Source: an uncultured virus (IMG/VR IMGVR_UViG_3300006925_002811)
Taxonomy: Duplodnaviria > Heunggongvirae > Uroviricota > Caudoviricetes
Strand: one strand, 5' to 3'
DNA: 64,000 nucleotides
IMG/VR virus record: IMGVR_UViG_3300006925_002811
In this document: positions 38,080 to 47,930 of the stretch, in pieces
Layout of the letters: the number at the start of each line of letters is the position of its first letter
Numbering within the stretch: position 1 is the stretch's first letter
Made by a program: the position numbers and the translations under genes
The notes under the pieces: generated by a model
Database searches by the model: none
What the model was told of the DNA's origin: nothing
The model's input: only the letters and a program-made list of their open reading frames with translations

Positions 38080-38825
38080 ACTAACTTGGGTGTCCAACCC
38101 TTTTTCTTATTTGTTTTAGAAACTCTTAATTCTTCTAGGTCAATTACTTCACCTGCACCTTCTATAGTTTCGTTAAACATTTTTTCAAATGTTGTGTCAA
38201 TGTAATCTAGTGCTTCTTTATTGATTTCATCACCACCATTGTCCTGCATTGTTTGGCGCCACGAATCTCTGTCCTCACTATCTTTAGCCATTCCATCATA
38301 TGTGCTAATGTCATACCTAAACCACCAACTGGTATCCCAATAACTGTTTTCTGGCAACCACTCTTCGTGACTTGGCAATTCAATCCATGTGTCATCTTCC
38401 ATCTCGTGGATTTCGTATGTGTATGTTAGTTGTTGATCAGTGTCTGCTAAAGTGACTTTATCAACTAATGTATTATTATCAACAATGCTGTTAAGTTTAC
38501 AATGCAATGCCGCTAGGAATGTTGTTTCGCTAAGGTCTGGAACAATTATAATATTGTTATTGTATTTCTCTAACAAGTTAACATCTGGATTGCCTATCTC
38601 TGCTAAAAAACTGTGATCTAATACTTGCTCTACAAACATGTTAACTTTAGCATAACTTTTATTTTGTGCTTTAGTGGCTTCTAAATGAGGATCTACTGCT
38701 TCAGGATTTAGTTTGGTTGTCATTGAATACGTTAGTCTATACTCTGTTGTTTGTATTGCATTCTGATCAGTGTCTATCATTAACACTCTCATTGGAAGTG
38801 TTTTGTTTAGTGTTACAATTCTCAT
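38076..38825 (-). CDS. Conserved hypothetical protein
   Basis: 249 aa in operon. Confidence 0.75.
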   Translation of the reverse strand: MRIVTLNKTLPMRVLMIDTDQNAIQTTEYRLTYSMTTKLNPEAVDPHLEATKAQNKSYAKVNMFVEQVLDHSFLAEIGNPDVNLLEKYNNNIIIVPDLSETTFLAALHCKLNSIVDNNTLVDKVTLADTDQQLTYTYEIHEMEDDTWIELPSHEEWLPENSYWDTSWWFRYDISTYDGMAKDSEDRDSWRQTMQDNGGDEINKEALDYIDTTFEKMFNETIEGAGEVIDLEELRVSKTNKKKGWTPKLV

Positions 38826-38829
38826 AATA

Positions 38830-39147
38830 TTACCTTACTGGAGGTTCTCCAGGTTTTTTCTTTGTGTATACTTCTATGTATGCGTTTACTATTTCATCTT
38901 TAGAATAGTCGGGTGTGTAATCAACATGTTCTGTCTCGCCTATATCAATTACAGTATCCTCTTTTTTAATTCGCTGTGCATATAAGGCGTCTGTGTAGGC
39001 GCTCTGAGCCATATCAATCATGTTTAGTAACTGCTGATATACTGGGCTTGATTCTTGTGTTTTAAATAGTCGTTTGTGAAGTTTTTCTAATTCAGTAACT
39101 AGTTTGCCTTCAGGAAGTCCGTTAACATAATCATAATAATCAAACAT
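38830..39147 (-). CDS. Hypothetical protein
   Basis: 105 aa, AGGAG RBS. Confidence 0.7.
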   Translation of the reverse strand: MFDYYDYVNGLPEGKLVTELEKLHKRLFKTQESSPVYQQLLNMIDMAQSAYTDALYAQRIKKEDTVIDIGETEHVDYTPDYSKDEIVNAYIEVYTKKKPGEPPVR

Positions 39148-39466
39148 ATGAACTCTCCTTTCTTGTGAAGTTTTCTAATCCACTAACTAGTGCGAATGCT
39201 TTAGCATCATCGCGATGGAATCTAACTTCTCCTTCTCTGACTTGAAACTCCCAGAACTCTTTAAGTCCTAGTTCCTTTAACAAGTTTCTACATGCTTGGT
39301 CAAACTTTGGTTTTAATTTTACTTGATTACGTCTCCAATCCATCCAACTTTCAAAAAAGTATGCAGTACGTTCAGAGACTGAAGGACGAAGAGTACCAAA
39401 TGCTTCAAGCATTCTATCATCGCCAAAAATTTCTTGGTATGTATTACTGCGTTTGGTTGTCTGCAT
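39140..39466 (-). CDS. Hypothetical protein
   Basis: 108 aa, overlapping neighbours. Confidence 0.7.
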   Translation of the reverse strand: MQTTKRSNTYQEIFGDDRMLEAFGTLRPSVSERTAYFFESWMDWRRNQVKLKPKFDQACRNLLKELGLKEFWEFQVREGEVRFHRDDAKAFALVSGLENFTRKESSYV

Positions 39467-40313
39467 AATATGTATCCAATGTTGTTTCTGATATATTTAG
39501 ATATTGCTTTCGCTGTCTAAAGATAATATCTAAGTTGGGAGCCGCATTTGGAATAAGATTCTCGATAGTATAACTGTTTTCGTTGCCTACTGCATTACAG
39601 TTATATCCTCTAATCTTATGATTCAACTCGCCAAAGTCTAGATCTTTATCGTTATCAAATTTTCTAAGTACTACACCGTTTGACACATAGTTTGCTGTGG
39701 TTGTGAACACGTCATCAGTGTCACAAATAATTGAAGGTACATTACCGTCTGAGGTCTGTGTGTCCATTAGTATGCTAAATCTATTATTAGCACTTAAAAA
39801 TGTGTAGTATCTATCACCTGTCTTTGTAAACTTAAATCCAATCTCTTGGTAAAAGTCTCTCATTCTTGCGTCGATACTATTGTAAATAATACCGCTTACA
39901 TAATTTAGTCCTTGTTCGTTGCCTGGACTTTTAGTCTTTTCGAGTTGATGTAGAGAGCGTTGTAACTCACCAAACTCTTCTTCAGGCATTAACAATGTAC
40001 GCAACCCTACATTTGGTCCTGCTGGAGTAGTTTTAATATACATACCAGTATCATCTGGATCAGGTTTAGCACCAATACGTTGTATTACGTCCTTGCTACA
40101 GATAAAACCAATACCACTAATGCCTACTTTTTCAGGATTGCTTACAGACTTTATTATTAGTATACATAGATTCTGTGTCCATACAGTAACAGCACCTGTG
40201 CTGTTCCTTGTGCGTTTAGCAAAGCCAAGTTTTGTTAGTTGATCCTCTACCATGTTTATAGGCATAGTCGCAGGATCGTATGTGTATTCTAAGAAACTGT
40301 AGTCTACTTCCAT
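39444..40313 (-). CDS. HPPD-like (VOC/glyoxalase fold) protein lacking Fe ligands
   Basis: YSFLEY..LGF..VTVWTQ..II N-domain; ICDTDDVFTT; IIFRQRK. Confidence 0.6.
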   Translation of the reverse strand: MEVDYSFLEYTYDPATMPINMVEDQLTKLGFAKRTRNSTGAVTVWTQNLCILIIKSVSNPEKVGISGIGFICSKDVIQRIGAKPDPDDTGMYIKTTPAGPNVGLRTLLMPEEEFGELQRSLHQLEKTKSPGNEQGLNYVSGIIYNSIDARMRDFYQEIGFKFTKTGDRYYTFLSANNRFSILMDTQTSDGNVPSIICDTDDVFTTTANYVSNGVVLRKFDNDKDLDFGELNHKIRGYNCNAVGNENSYTIENLIPNAAPNLDIIFRQRKQYLNISETTLDTYYADNQTQ

Positions 40314-40711
40314 TATATATTAAACGTTACGCTCTCACCACATCCACAAGTACTTTCAGCAAGTGGCGATGATATCTCAATCATGTTACCTGCTATACTA
40401 GTTTTCTTGTCTACAGTACTGCCTATAAGATAAGGTTTACTCATGTTATCTAAGTAAAAACTCCATCCTTCGAATGCTATAGTAAATTCATCTAATCTTA
40501 CTGATGATGTATCCTCTACCATTTCCCATTCGTAAGCAAATCCGGCGCAACCTCCTCCTGTTAGTTTTAATCGAATGCCGTGTACATTGCTCTCTTCTGC
40601 TACTTGTTTGAAGTGAACCTGAGCACTCGGCGTTATGGTTATAAGTTCTTTTTTTGGATCGAATGTTTGCATACTAGTATTTAACCGTTTTGCATCGAAA
40701 ATTAAGTACAT
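40313..40711 (-). CDS. A-type Fe-S carrier (IscA/SufA/ErpA family)
   Basis: GGGCAGFAY and CGCGES. Confidence 0.92.
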   Translation of the reverse strand: MYLIFDAKRLNTSMQTFDPKKELITITPSAQVHFKQVAEESNVHGIRLKLTGGGCAGFAYEWEMVEDTSSVRLDEFTIAFEGWSFYLDNMSKPYLIGSTVDKKTSIAGNMIEISSPLAESTCGCGESVTFNI

Positions 40712-41168
40712 AACGACTACCTTGCTTTATTCTGTGTACTCCATGCATTGTATTGTAATCGTAATACACCATATCTCCCTGTTTTAGTTCCATTAAATGC
40801 CCTTCAACTATCAACTCTCCGCCTACATAATCATCTGGATGATTTAGTTGTACTATAACACTTAGGTCTGATTCTTCGAATTCGTGTTGGTCTTTGTGTG
40901 CTGGAATATGACTAGTGGTACTATACTTTAATACTCTTGCTTCAACTAGCTCACACGGTGGTAGATGCTTTTTAGTTTGGTTCCATGCATTTTGCAATTC
41001 TTCTTCAGTAAACTTGCTTAGTAAGAAATGTCCTACAAAACTAGGCCAATGCCTGTCTTTGGCAACACCATCTATTACAACGGTATTAGGTAGTTCTTTG
41101 TATTCTTTAAATACTGATACAATATCTGATAGTGATAATACATTAAAACGTAGGTTAACTTCTCCCAC
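40674..41168 (-). CDS. 2OG-Fe(II) oxygenase
   Basis: HKD, DYVGGEL, MHGV, RYVL. Confidence 0.85.
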   Translation of the reverse strand: MGEVNLRFNVLSLSDIVSVFKEYKELPNTVVIDGVAKDRHWPSFVGHFLLSKFTEEELQNAWNQTKKHLPPCELVEARVLKYSTTSHIPAHKDQHEFEESDLSVIVQLNHPDDYVGGELIVEGHLMELKQGDMVYYDYNTMHGVHRIKQGSRYVLNFRCKTVKY

Positions 41169-41755
41169 TACCTTTTCTCAACTATCTCGTCTGCCAGTCC
41201 CCAATCAATAGCCTCTTGAGCTGATAAGAAATTATCTCTATCCATACCTGCTTCAAATTCTGCATAAGTCTTACCCTTACTATTATGCTTTACATAGATT
41301 TCAGTAAGGTCTTTTTTCATACGTTCAATTTCAGCATACTGAATAGCAATATCAGATGCCATTCCTTGAGCACCACCTGATGGTTGGTGAATCATTGTTC
41401 TTGCTTTAGGTAGTACGAAACGTTTGCCTGCCGCACCTGCCTGTGCTAGTAGACTTCCCATCGAAGCCGCTTGTCCCATTACAATAGTTGATACGTCTGG
41501 CTTAATGTATTGCATTGTGTCGTACATAGCCATGCCTGATGTTACTACACCGCCCGGTGAGTTAATATAAAAACTGATATCAGCATCTTGATCTTCTGCT
41601 TCTAAAAATAATAGTTGGGCACAAATGCTGTTCGATACACCATCATCAACTTGTCCATTAAGAAACACAATTCGTTCTTTTAATAGTCTGCTGTAAATGT
41701 CGTAACTTCTCTCGCCTTGTGCTGTTTTCTCAATTACATATGGTACAAAGTTCAT
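41168..41755 (-). CDS. clpP: ATP-dependent Clp protease proteolytic subunit
   Basis: [30 protein letters not shown] triad. Confidence 0.96.
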   Translation of the reverse strand: MNFVPYVIEKTAQGERSYDIYSRLLKERIVFLNGQVDDGVSNSICAQLLFLEAEDQDADISFYINSPGGVVTSGMAMYDTMQYIKPDVSTIVMGQAASMGSLLAQAGAAGKRFVLPKARTMIHQPSGGAQGMASDIAIQYAEIERMKKDLTEIYVKHNSKGKTYAEFEAGMDRDNFLSAQEAIDWGLADEIVEKR

Positions 41756-41782
41756 GTTATCTCCGTTAGTTTTGTTTCACAT

Positions 41783-41811
41783 ATTATACATGCTAAATTG
41801 CTTAATGTCAA
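41783..41811 (-). promoter_or_regulatory. sigma70-type promoter for clpP operon
   Basis: TTGACA-N17-TATAAT. Confidence 0.8.
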
Positions 41812-42203
41812 GCATTAGCAATGTTTTTTATTTGGTTGAGCATTGCCTGTAAGCCTTGCTTCTTTGCTAGTGATAAATTAGTTCCAAGAAATTTGTAGTC
41901 GTTGTATTCTATTTGGTTAACTTGGTCGACTGTTTTACCACCGATAGTATCACATAGTATGTATGCTATACCATTAGTAAACATTGTGTTACTGTAAAAA
42001 TTAAAGTACCATTTGGATTCTTTTTGTGTTCCTGCTATCCAAACGTTGCTTGTACAACCTCTAACATAATTTGCATTTACGCATACTTCTCTGCTGTTAG
42101 ATTTGTCTGCCTGCTTACCAACTGCCATTAACCAATCATTAAACTGGCTCTGGCTGTTAAAGTCTCTTACTGTTTGACGTATTTGTTCTAAGGTTTCAAG
42201 CAT
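41808..42203 (-). CDS. sufE: SufE-like sulfur acceptor
   Basis: VRGCTSNVWI with active Cys; start re-placed to MLETL after TAAATA. Confidence 0.75.
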   Translation of the reverse strand: MLETLEQIRQTVRDFNSQSQFNDWLMAVGKQADKSNSREVCVNANYVRGCTSNVWIAGTQKESKWYFNFYSNTMFTNGIAYILCDTIGGKTVDQVNQIEYNDYKFLGTNLSLAKKQGLQAMLNQIKNIANA

Positions 42204-42275
42204 ATAGATATTTATTAGTAGAGTCATAAAAAAGGCCCACTTAGTGAGCCTTAATTGTTTGAAGTGTTAGTAAAT

Positions 42276-42461
42276 CTACAACCCACTTAGTGGTTTTAAA
42301 GCAATGTACATAAACCAACCGATGAAGGCGAGACTACCTAATGTAGCCAAGTCTTCACATGTTCTACCATCTGGACAGTATCTGTCCTTGAATGTAGACA
42401 TCGCGTTTACAGTACGTTGAATTAAAGATTTACCTTCACGTATGATTGTGATGGTTGACAT
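42276..42461 (-). CDS. Small C-terminally anchored membrane protein
   Basis: MSTITII...YCPDGRTCEDL + TM; GGAG RBS; terminator-like hairpin near 42227-42252. Confidence 0.7.
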   Translation of the reverse strand: MSTITIIREGKSLIQRTVNAMSTFKDRYCPDGRTCEDLATLGSLAFIGWFMYIALKPLSGL

Positions 42462-42723
42462 TATATTCTCCGAATCTAAATAGTTTAGCATCCGTATTCA
42501 CATATTCTCTCGAACTATGCTGAGGGGTTAAAGTTCCTTAACTTTTGTATGATCTCTATAATGTGCTGTACTTTCGCAATAAAGTCTACAGTGGATACAC
42601 ACCACGGCAACACTAGACAATCAACAACCGTCCTCTTGTGGAAGAAGGAGTGCTTTTCTAACTTCCGCTGATATTTATCATATAATTAACTGATGTGTTA
42701 AGTTATTGGGTATTTTTAGTCAA

Positions 42724-42751
42724 AAATAAAGACGCCTGAGCGTCTTTATTT
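42724..42751 (-). terminator. Intrinsic terminator
   Basis: AAATAAAGACGC-CTGA-GCGTCTTTATTT perfect stem. Confidence 0.85.
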
Positions 42752-42767
42752 ACTCGAGTAAATTAAA

Positions 42768-43082
42768 TTACTTTGATTGAGATTTTACGCCTGCTTTTAG
42801 GTCAGCGATCATCTTATCTTTGTTCTTGCGTTTGTCAAGTTCAATGCCAAACTCTCTGCCCAACTCTTCGAGTTGTGCTTTTGTTTGAGCTTTTAACTTA
42901 GCAGGTGTTGGAAGTTTTTTAACTTCTGCCTTAACGCCTTTGGCAACGTTAGATGCCGCTTCTTTTAAATCAGCAACATCGACTTTGCCATCGTCATTAA
43001 TGTCCAAGTCGTTTTGGTCTTTGTTAAAATACCAAAATGCTCCACCAACTGCTACAAGAATTAATACTATAATGTATTCCAT
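42768..43082 (-). CDS. Membrane-anchored protein with EF-hand-like and HeH-like motifs
   Basis: N-terminal TM, DINDDGKVD, TKAQLEELGREFGIELDKRK. Confidence 0.75.
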   Translation of the reverse strand: MEYIIVLILVAVGGAFWYFNKDQNDLDINDDGKVDVADLKEAASNVAKGVKAEVKKLPTPAKLKAQTKAQLEELGREFGIELDKRKNKDKMIADLKAGVKSQSK

Positions 43083-43084
43083 GG

Positions 43085-44008
43085 TTAACTCCTTAAGTAG
43101 TTATCTAGTTTATTTAATTCGTCGTACCTAACAGAATCAAAGGGATGACTAAGATTGAACGGATTTGTACGTTTGTAAGTAGTACTCCTCACTCGGTCAG
43201 CGACCGCATCTACAATCGCTCTATCTTCGTCGGTTAATTTAGTTTGATCTACATCGCCTCTAAGAATAGAAAACAATGCAATGTCAAACTCTAAGTAACT
43301 AAAACCAAATTGGTCCTCGTCACCGTTGGCAATACCTAAGCCGTCTGTGGGTACTGCCTCCACTATAGTACGTGGAACTCCAAGATGTTCTGCTAATGCA
43401 GGAACTTCCCAGCTCTTTGTCAATGCTTGGATAGGTGAGACGTCACCAACGTCACCATGCAATGTCCAAAATCCTGTAGCAAGTTCTGAAAAGTTATCAG
43501 TACTCGCAACTAAACCTTTATGCTTACTAGCAAGATCATACAATGTAATCATTCTAAGTCTTGCTCTAATGTTACCTTGACGTACTTTATCATCTGATAA
43601 TCCGTCATGTGAAATTGTTTCATCCATAATAGAAACTAATGCATCAAATTGTTTAGACAAGTCATGTTCAATCCAACTGTCTAACTGTTCCATACAAAAT
43701 GTTCTGGCTCTTTCTAGTTCTTCATCGTCTTGATGAATAGGCAACATACAACCTGTTACTGACCAACCTGCTTGTTTAAATAGTAAAGCAGTAACGGCAC
43801 TATCAATGCCACCACTAATTCCTATTACCACATGCTCGAGACCATATTTTGCTTTGTATTCAATCAAGTCTTTTACTAAGGATGTTTGTAATCCTTGTAT
43901 GTCGTTGTGAAAAATTCCAAAAGAAATTTGTTTTGCTAACTGTTCCTTAAACCAAGGAGACAGCTCAGGGTCTCTATTGAGTCGATATATGTCTGGCTGT
44001 ATAATCAT
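43085..44008 (-). CDS. nadE: NH3-dependent NAD+ synthetase
   Basis: GISGGIDSAV PP-loop, GNIRARLRM, FWTLHGD, PTDGL, DEDQFG. Confidence 0.92.
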   Translation of the reverse strand: MIIQPDIYRLNRDPELSPWFKEQLAKQISFGIFHNDIQGLQTSLVKDLIEYKAKYGLEHVVIGISGGIDSAVTALLFKQAGWSVTGCMLPIHQDDEELERARTFCMEQLDSWIEHDLSKQFDALVSIMDETISHDGLSDDKVRQGNIRARLRMITLYDLASKHKGLVASTDNFSELATGFWTLHGDVGDVSPIQALTKSWEVPALAEHLGVPRTIVEAVPTDGLGIANGDEDQFGFSYLEFDIALFSILRGDVDQTKLTDEDRAIVDAVADRVRSTTYKRTNPFNLSHPFDSVRYDELNKLDNYLRS

Positions 44009-44024
44009 ATTATATTAGTATTTA

Positions 44025-44918
44025 TTAATTAAATCCTGTTTTATCCATGTTTTTGGCTAGGTATTCAGCAAAATCTTTATGAGCTTCTGCGTCTGGGTGG
44101 AAAAATCCACACCTTTCTCTGTCTGCTTGGAAGTATGTTAAGTGGTAATTTTCGTCAAACATAAACAACTTTGCTCTGTTATATGTGTCTATACAAAAGT
44201 CCCAATACTCCCATTCTTGCTTAGTCTCACAATGAGATTTGTATGCTTCAGTGTGCGGTCTATGGATGCCATCAACTTTAATGTAGTCTTGATTAAAGTG
44301 GGGAACTAGGTGTAGTTGGTAATTGTTTACTGTGGCAAAATTTAGTATGCCACTAAGTGCTGTATAAAAACTGGCAACCAATTTATTATCTGTTAAAAAT
44401 TCAGATAGCAGTATTTCTTTATTAACATTAAAACGTTTTATCATTTGTGCTACTTCAGGGTCTGTACTGTCTTTACCGTCTGCGTTTTCAAATGCAAAGT
44501 TGTATCTACCCTCGTCTTTATCAAGTGTGTATGTTCTAGTAGGCCTGCACATACCAACAAACAATGTGTCGTTGTCTGGATTAATCTCACCTTTGCTATG
44601 CATGTTTTCTAGTTGCAATAAAATATAGTCCATGCTACTTGCAGTTTGACAATGTGTTACTATTTCTTTATTTAATAACTCTCCAAGTAAGTATGGATAA
44701 CTGCTTTTTACAGGTCTACCAATATAATCCCACGGAGACATGTTTGTTTGTTGTGCCATATGCATGTGCCACATCACAACTGCTGTTTTAAAGTTGTACT
44801 GATCTATCAGTCCTTCCTTCATAACATTTACTAGTTCAAAGTCGTTGTCTAGTACCTCATGGTCTTCTATCTCTAATCCACAAGTATGGGAGTCGCCAAA
44901 GAAAACAAGTCTGTTCAT
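44025..44918 (-). CDS. SGNH/GDSL-like hydrolase or acyltransferase
   Basis: FFGDSHT and C-terminal HPDAEAH. Confidence 0.75.
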   Translation of the reverse strand: MNRLVFFGDSHTCGLEIEDHEVLDNDFELVNVMKEGLIDQYNFKTAVVMWHMHMAQQTNMSPWDYIGRPVKSSYPYLLGELLNKEIVTHCQTASSMDYILLQLENMHSKGEINPDNDTLFVGMCRPTRTYTLDKDEGRYNFAFENADGKDSTDPEVAQMIKRFNVNKEILLSEFLTDNKLVASFYTALSGILNFATVNNYQLHLVPHFNQDYIKVDGIHRPHTEAYKSHCETKQEWEYWDFCIDTYNRAKLFMFDENYHLTYFQADRERCGFFHPDAEAHKDFAEYLAKNMDKTGFN

Positions 44919-45055
44919 TCTTGATTATGCTTTGGATCTTTTTGTTGTGCTATCCATTCGGCAATGCGTTTTGATTGTTCATCAATTTGTTGTTGCTGGT
45001 CTTTGATCTTTTTGTTTTGGAATCTAATTTTATTATTCTGATGTGTCTGTTCCAC
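44915..45055 (-). CDS. Small Gln-rich coiled-coil protein (46 aa)
   Basis: Manual GTG ORF ..KIKDQQQQIDEQSKRIAEW.., ATGA overlap with next gene. Confidence 0.55.
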   Translation of the reverse strand: MEQTHQNNKIRFQNKKIKDQQQQIDEQSKRIAEWIAQQKDPKHNQE

Positions 45056-45056
45056 A

Positions 45057-46184
45057 TTATTCTCCAATTGTGTTTGATTCGTAAACTGTATTATATTGTT
45101 TACTATTACTTACTTGAATAAATGTTGTGCGTTTACTTAATTCCTTTAAGCTCTTTGCACCAACATAAGTACAAGTACTGCGAAGACCACCAAGTATGTC
45201 TCTAATACTATTGGCGACTGCACCTTTGTAAGGAATCTGTACAACCCTGCCTTCGCTTGTTCTGTAATCTTTAACATCATTGTTCTCCTGTGCTGTATTT
45301 GAACTCATACCATGAAACTCTACAAACTTCTTTTCTTTTACTTTGTGCTTACAGTGATCTAAATGTGCTCCAACTTCATATTGTAGTTCATTAATCTCTA
45401 CAAATTTATTTACCACCTCACCGCCGCCTTCATCGTGTCCTGCTAACATGCCACCAAGCATAACAAAGTCTGCTCCGGCACCAAATGCCTTTGCTACATC
45501 TCCAGGACTTGAACAACCGCCATCAGCAATGATGTGTCCGCCAAGACCATGAGCGGCATCGGCACACTCAATGACTGCTGAGAGTTGCGGATATCCAACG
45601 CCAGTCTTAATGCGAGTAGTACAAACACTACCAGGGCCAATGCCCACTTTAACGATATCTGCTCCACTTAAAATTAACTCCTCTGTGATATCAGGCGTTA
45701 CTACATTGCCTGCAATAATTGTTAGTTTAGGATATTTCTCTCTGAATCTTTTTACAAAGTCTAAAAATCCTTCACTGTATCCATTAGCAACATCAATACA
45801 CACATACTCTAATGATTTGTTTAGGTTAAGTGTTTTCTCAATTCGTTGCTCGTCTATATCTGTAACACCTGTACTAACTGCCATGTGTTGTACTAAATCT
45901 GATTTGTAAGGATTGTTATTTAACCAATCCCAAAAGAATGCCGGGTCTTCTTCTTTGACCAAGCATGTGAACATATTGTTCTTTGCAAGTGCAAGTGCCA
46001 TATCCCATGTGCCAACACCATCCATGTTACTGGCCATAATTGGTACACCTGTGTAATACCTTTGACTATGTTTAAATTGATATGACCTTTCTAAATTAAC
46101 ATCACCTCTGCTTAACATAGCACTTCGCTTTGGACGAAATAGTACATCACTGTAATCTAGTTTAATGTCTCTTTCAATTCTCAT
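45057..46184 (-). CDS. guaC: GMP reductase
   Basis: [44 protein letters not shown]. Confidence 0.95.
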   Translation of the reverse strand: MRIERDIKLDYSDVLFRPKRSAMLSRGDVNLERSYQFKHSQRYYTGVPIMASNMDGVGTWDMALALAKNNMFTCLVKEEDPAFFWDWLNNNPYKSDLVQHMAVSTGVTDIDEQRIEKTLNLNKSLEYVCIDVANGYSEGFLDFVKRFREKYPKLTIIAGNVVTPDITEELILSGADIVKVGIGPGSVCTTRIKTGVGYPQLSAVIECADAAHGLGGHIIADGGCSSPGDVAKAFGAGADFVMLGGMLAGHDEGGGEVVNKFVEINELQYEVGAHLDHCKHKVKEKKFVEFHGMSSNTAQENNDVKDYRTSEGRVVQIPYKGAVANSIRDILGGLRSTCTYVGAKSLKELSKRTTFIQVSNSKQYNTVYESNTIGE

Positions 46185-46494
46185 TAGATAGTTTCCTTTG
46201 TATAGTTTCGTCTACTGTTTCGTAAGTGTGTGTTATTTTTTTAACTGTTTCGTGTGACTCGTGTACACCAGTAGTATCCATTGGGCGATTTATTGTTGTA
46301 AATGTTGTTTTAAATACTGTTTCAAACCATGCCCATTTGCCTGTAACTGTTTTTACTGGTAGCCATGCAAACATTTTTTTAGAATCTGAAGTAGAAAATT
46401 CAAAGTGTTTTAAGTGAGGGTATCTCTGATATGCAGGATGGCTATGCTTCTTGTTCATCATCGTACTCTTCCCAATACTCCGACATGTTTTCAT
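46174..46494 (-). CDS. Hypothetical phage protein
   Basis: [14 protein letters not shown] motif; true start probably slightly downstream. Confidence 0.65.
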   Translation of the reverse strand: MKTCRSIGKSTMMNKKHSHPAYQRYPHLKHFEFSTSDSKKMFAWLPVKTVTGKWAWFETVFKTTFTTINRPMDTTGVHESHETVKKITHTYETVDETIQRKLSNEN

Positions 46495-47206
46495 CTTCTT
46501 CTGGATCTTTGTACTCGTCTCTCCACTGGTCTGTACTCCAGCCTACTTCGGCTTCGTAACTTTTACCCATTGTGTCGTTGTAGTCGTAATCTGCTTCTAG
46601 CCATACTTTGTCGTATGCTAGGTCCTCAACAAACTCACCCATGCAAGTTTCGTTAACTGTCATTGTAAGTTTCATTGGATCAAACTCTTCGTCTGTATCA
46701 ACAAACCAAGTAGCAAAGCCACCTTTCTCAACACTCATAAATGCCATTACAGGAGTACACCCTTCTGGTGTTTCACCGCTTGAATCAGTACTGATGTATC
46801 CACCTTCTCTGCCTTTAAGCCAATATGCTTCGCAACTGATTTCATTTTCATCATATTCGTAATCATCTGAACCATCTGCTGGAATACTTGATACTGTGAA
46901 GCCACCGTCTGCAAATGCGGCATTGATATGCTCTTTGTCATCTACTGCATACCATCCTTCTACTTCATTGCCATCTTCAAAAATATCCGGTGAGTCTTTA
47001 TCTATACCTTCTTGCTCATCGTCCCATTCACTAAGTGACAGTACATGGTCAATAAAACCACTTGAATGTGAACCATCTGCTTCTACTTTAGGTGCCCAGT
47101 ATTTGGCAAATTCTTCTGAGACAGTACCGATAGCACATTCGCCTCCATATCTACCGCCTTCAATTCTATATCTATATTTTGCCATTGTTTTCTCCTTAGT
47201 CTGCAA
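46442..47206 (-). CDS. Acidic hypothetical protein
   Basis: GRYGGE..IG, SVEKGGF; very D/E-rich. Confidence 0.75.
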   Translation of the reverse strand: MQTKEKTMAKYRYRIEGGRYGGECAIGTVSEEFAKYWAPKVEADGSHSSGFIDHVLSLSEWDDEQEGIDKDSPDIFEDGNEVEGWYAVDDKEHINAAFADGGFTVSSIPADGSDDYEYDENEISCEAYWLKGREGGYISTDSSGETPEGCTPVMAFMSVEKGGFATWFVDTDEEFDPMKLTMTVNETCMGEFVEDLAYDKVWLEADYDYNDTMGKSYEAEVGWSTDQWRDEYKDPEEDENMSEYWEEYDDEQEA

Positions 47207-47927
47207 ATGCTCTTTCTAGCAAGAAGTCTCCGCTTTCGCCAACATTACCTTCTTGCCAACCTAAACTTTTAAACATTGTTCTACAACCTTTGTTTAAATC
47301 CGGGGAACCACATACCATTACAGTATCTCTACCTTTAGTAAAACCACTTGGTAGATAGTCCTCTATGTAATTCCAAAACCTTCCAGGCCTTACATATGGT
47401 TCCTGAGTAACAGTATTAATATACACTAAACCTCGGAATAAGTCAACCAGATTATCTATTTCATTTATGTATGATAGTTCGTTAATGTTTCTTACAGTAT
47501 GGAATAAGTAGACATTCTTAAATCTATCGTATGTTTCGTAGTCACTTATAATACTCATAAATGGTGCTATACCAGTGCCTGTGCTTAATAGTACAAGGTT
47601 TTCACTAGGGTTCAAGTAATCTATAACTAAACTGCCCACTGTCTTAGGCTTTATTAGAATCTCATCGCCTTCTTGTATATTTTGTAAGATTGATGTTAAA
47701 GGACCGTTTGGTACCTTAATACTTAGGAATTCAATATGGTCATCATAGTTTGTACTGACTAAACTATATGCTCTGAACACTTGCTTTGCACCATTGTACT
47801 TTTCTTCTGGTAAACCTATCATAGCGAATTCGCCATTTTTAAATCTAAATGTTCTTGGTCTATTTGTAGTAAAACTAAAAAGCCTGTCGCTGTAGTGTGT
47901 TACTGAAGTTACCTCGACTGTGTGCAT
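47196..47927 (-). CDS. fpr: Ferredoxin--NADP+ reductase
   Basis: RAYS, GPLTS, TGTGIAPF, MVCGS, ERAF. Confidence 0.93.
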   Translation of the reverse strand: MHTVEVTSVTHYSDRLFSFTTNRPRTFRFKNGEFAMIGLPEEKYNGAKQVFRAYSLVSTNYDDHIEFLSIKVPNGPLTSILQNIQEGDEILIKPKTVGSLVIDYLNPSENLVLLSTGTGIAPFMSIISDYETYDRFKNVYLFHTVRNINELSYINEIDNLVDLFRGLVYINTVTQEPYVRPGRFWNYIEDYLPSGFTKGRDTVMVCGSPDLNKGCRTMFKSLGWQEGNVGESGDFLLERAFAD

Positions 47928-47930
47928 TTT

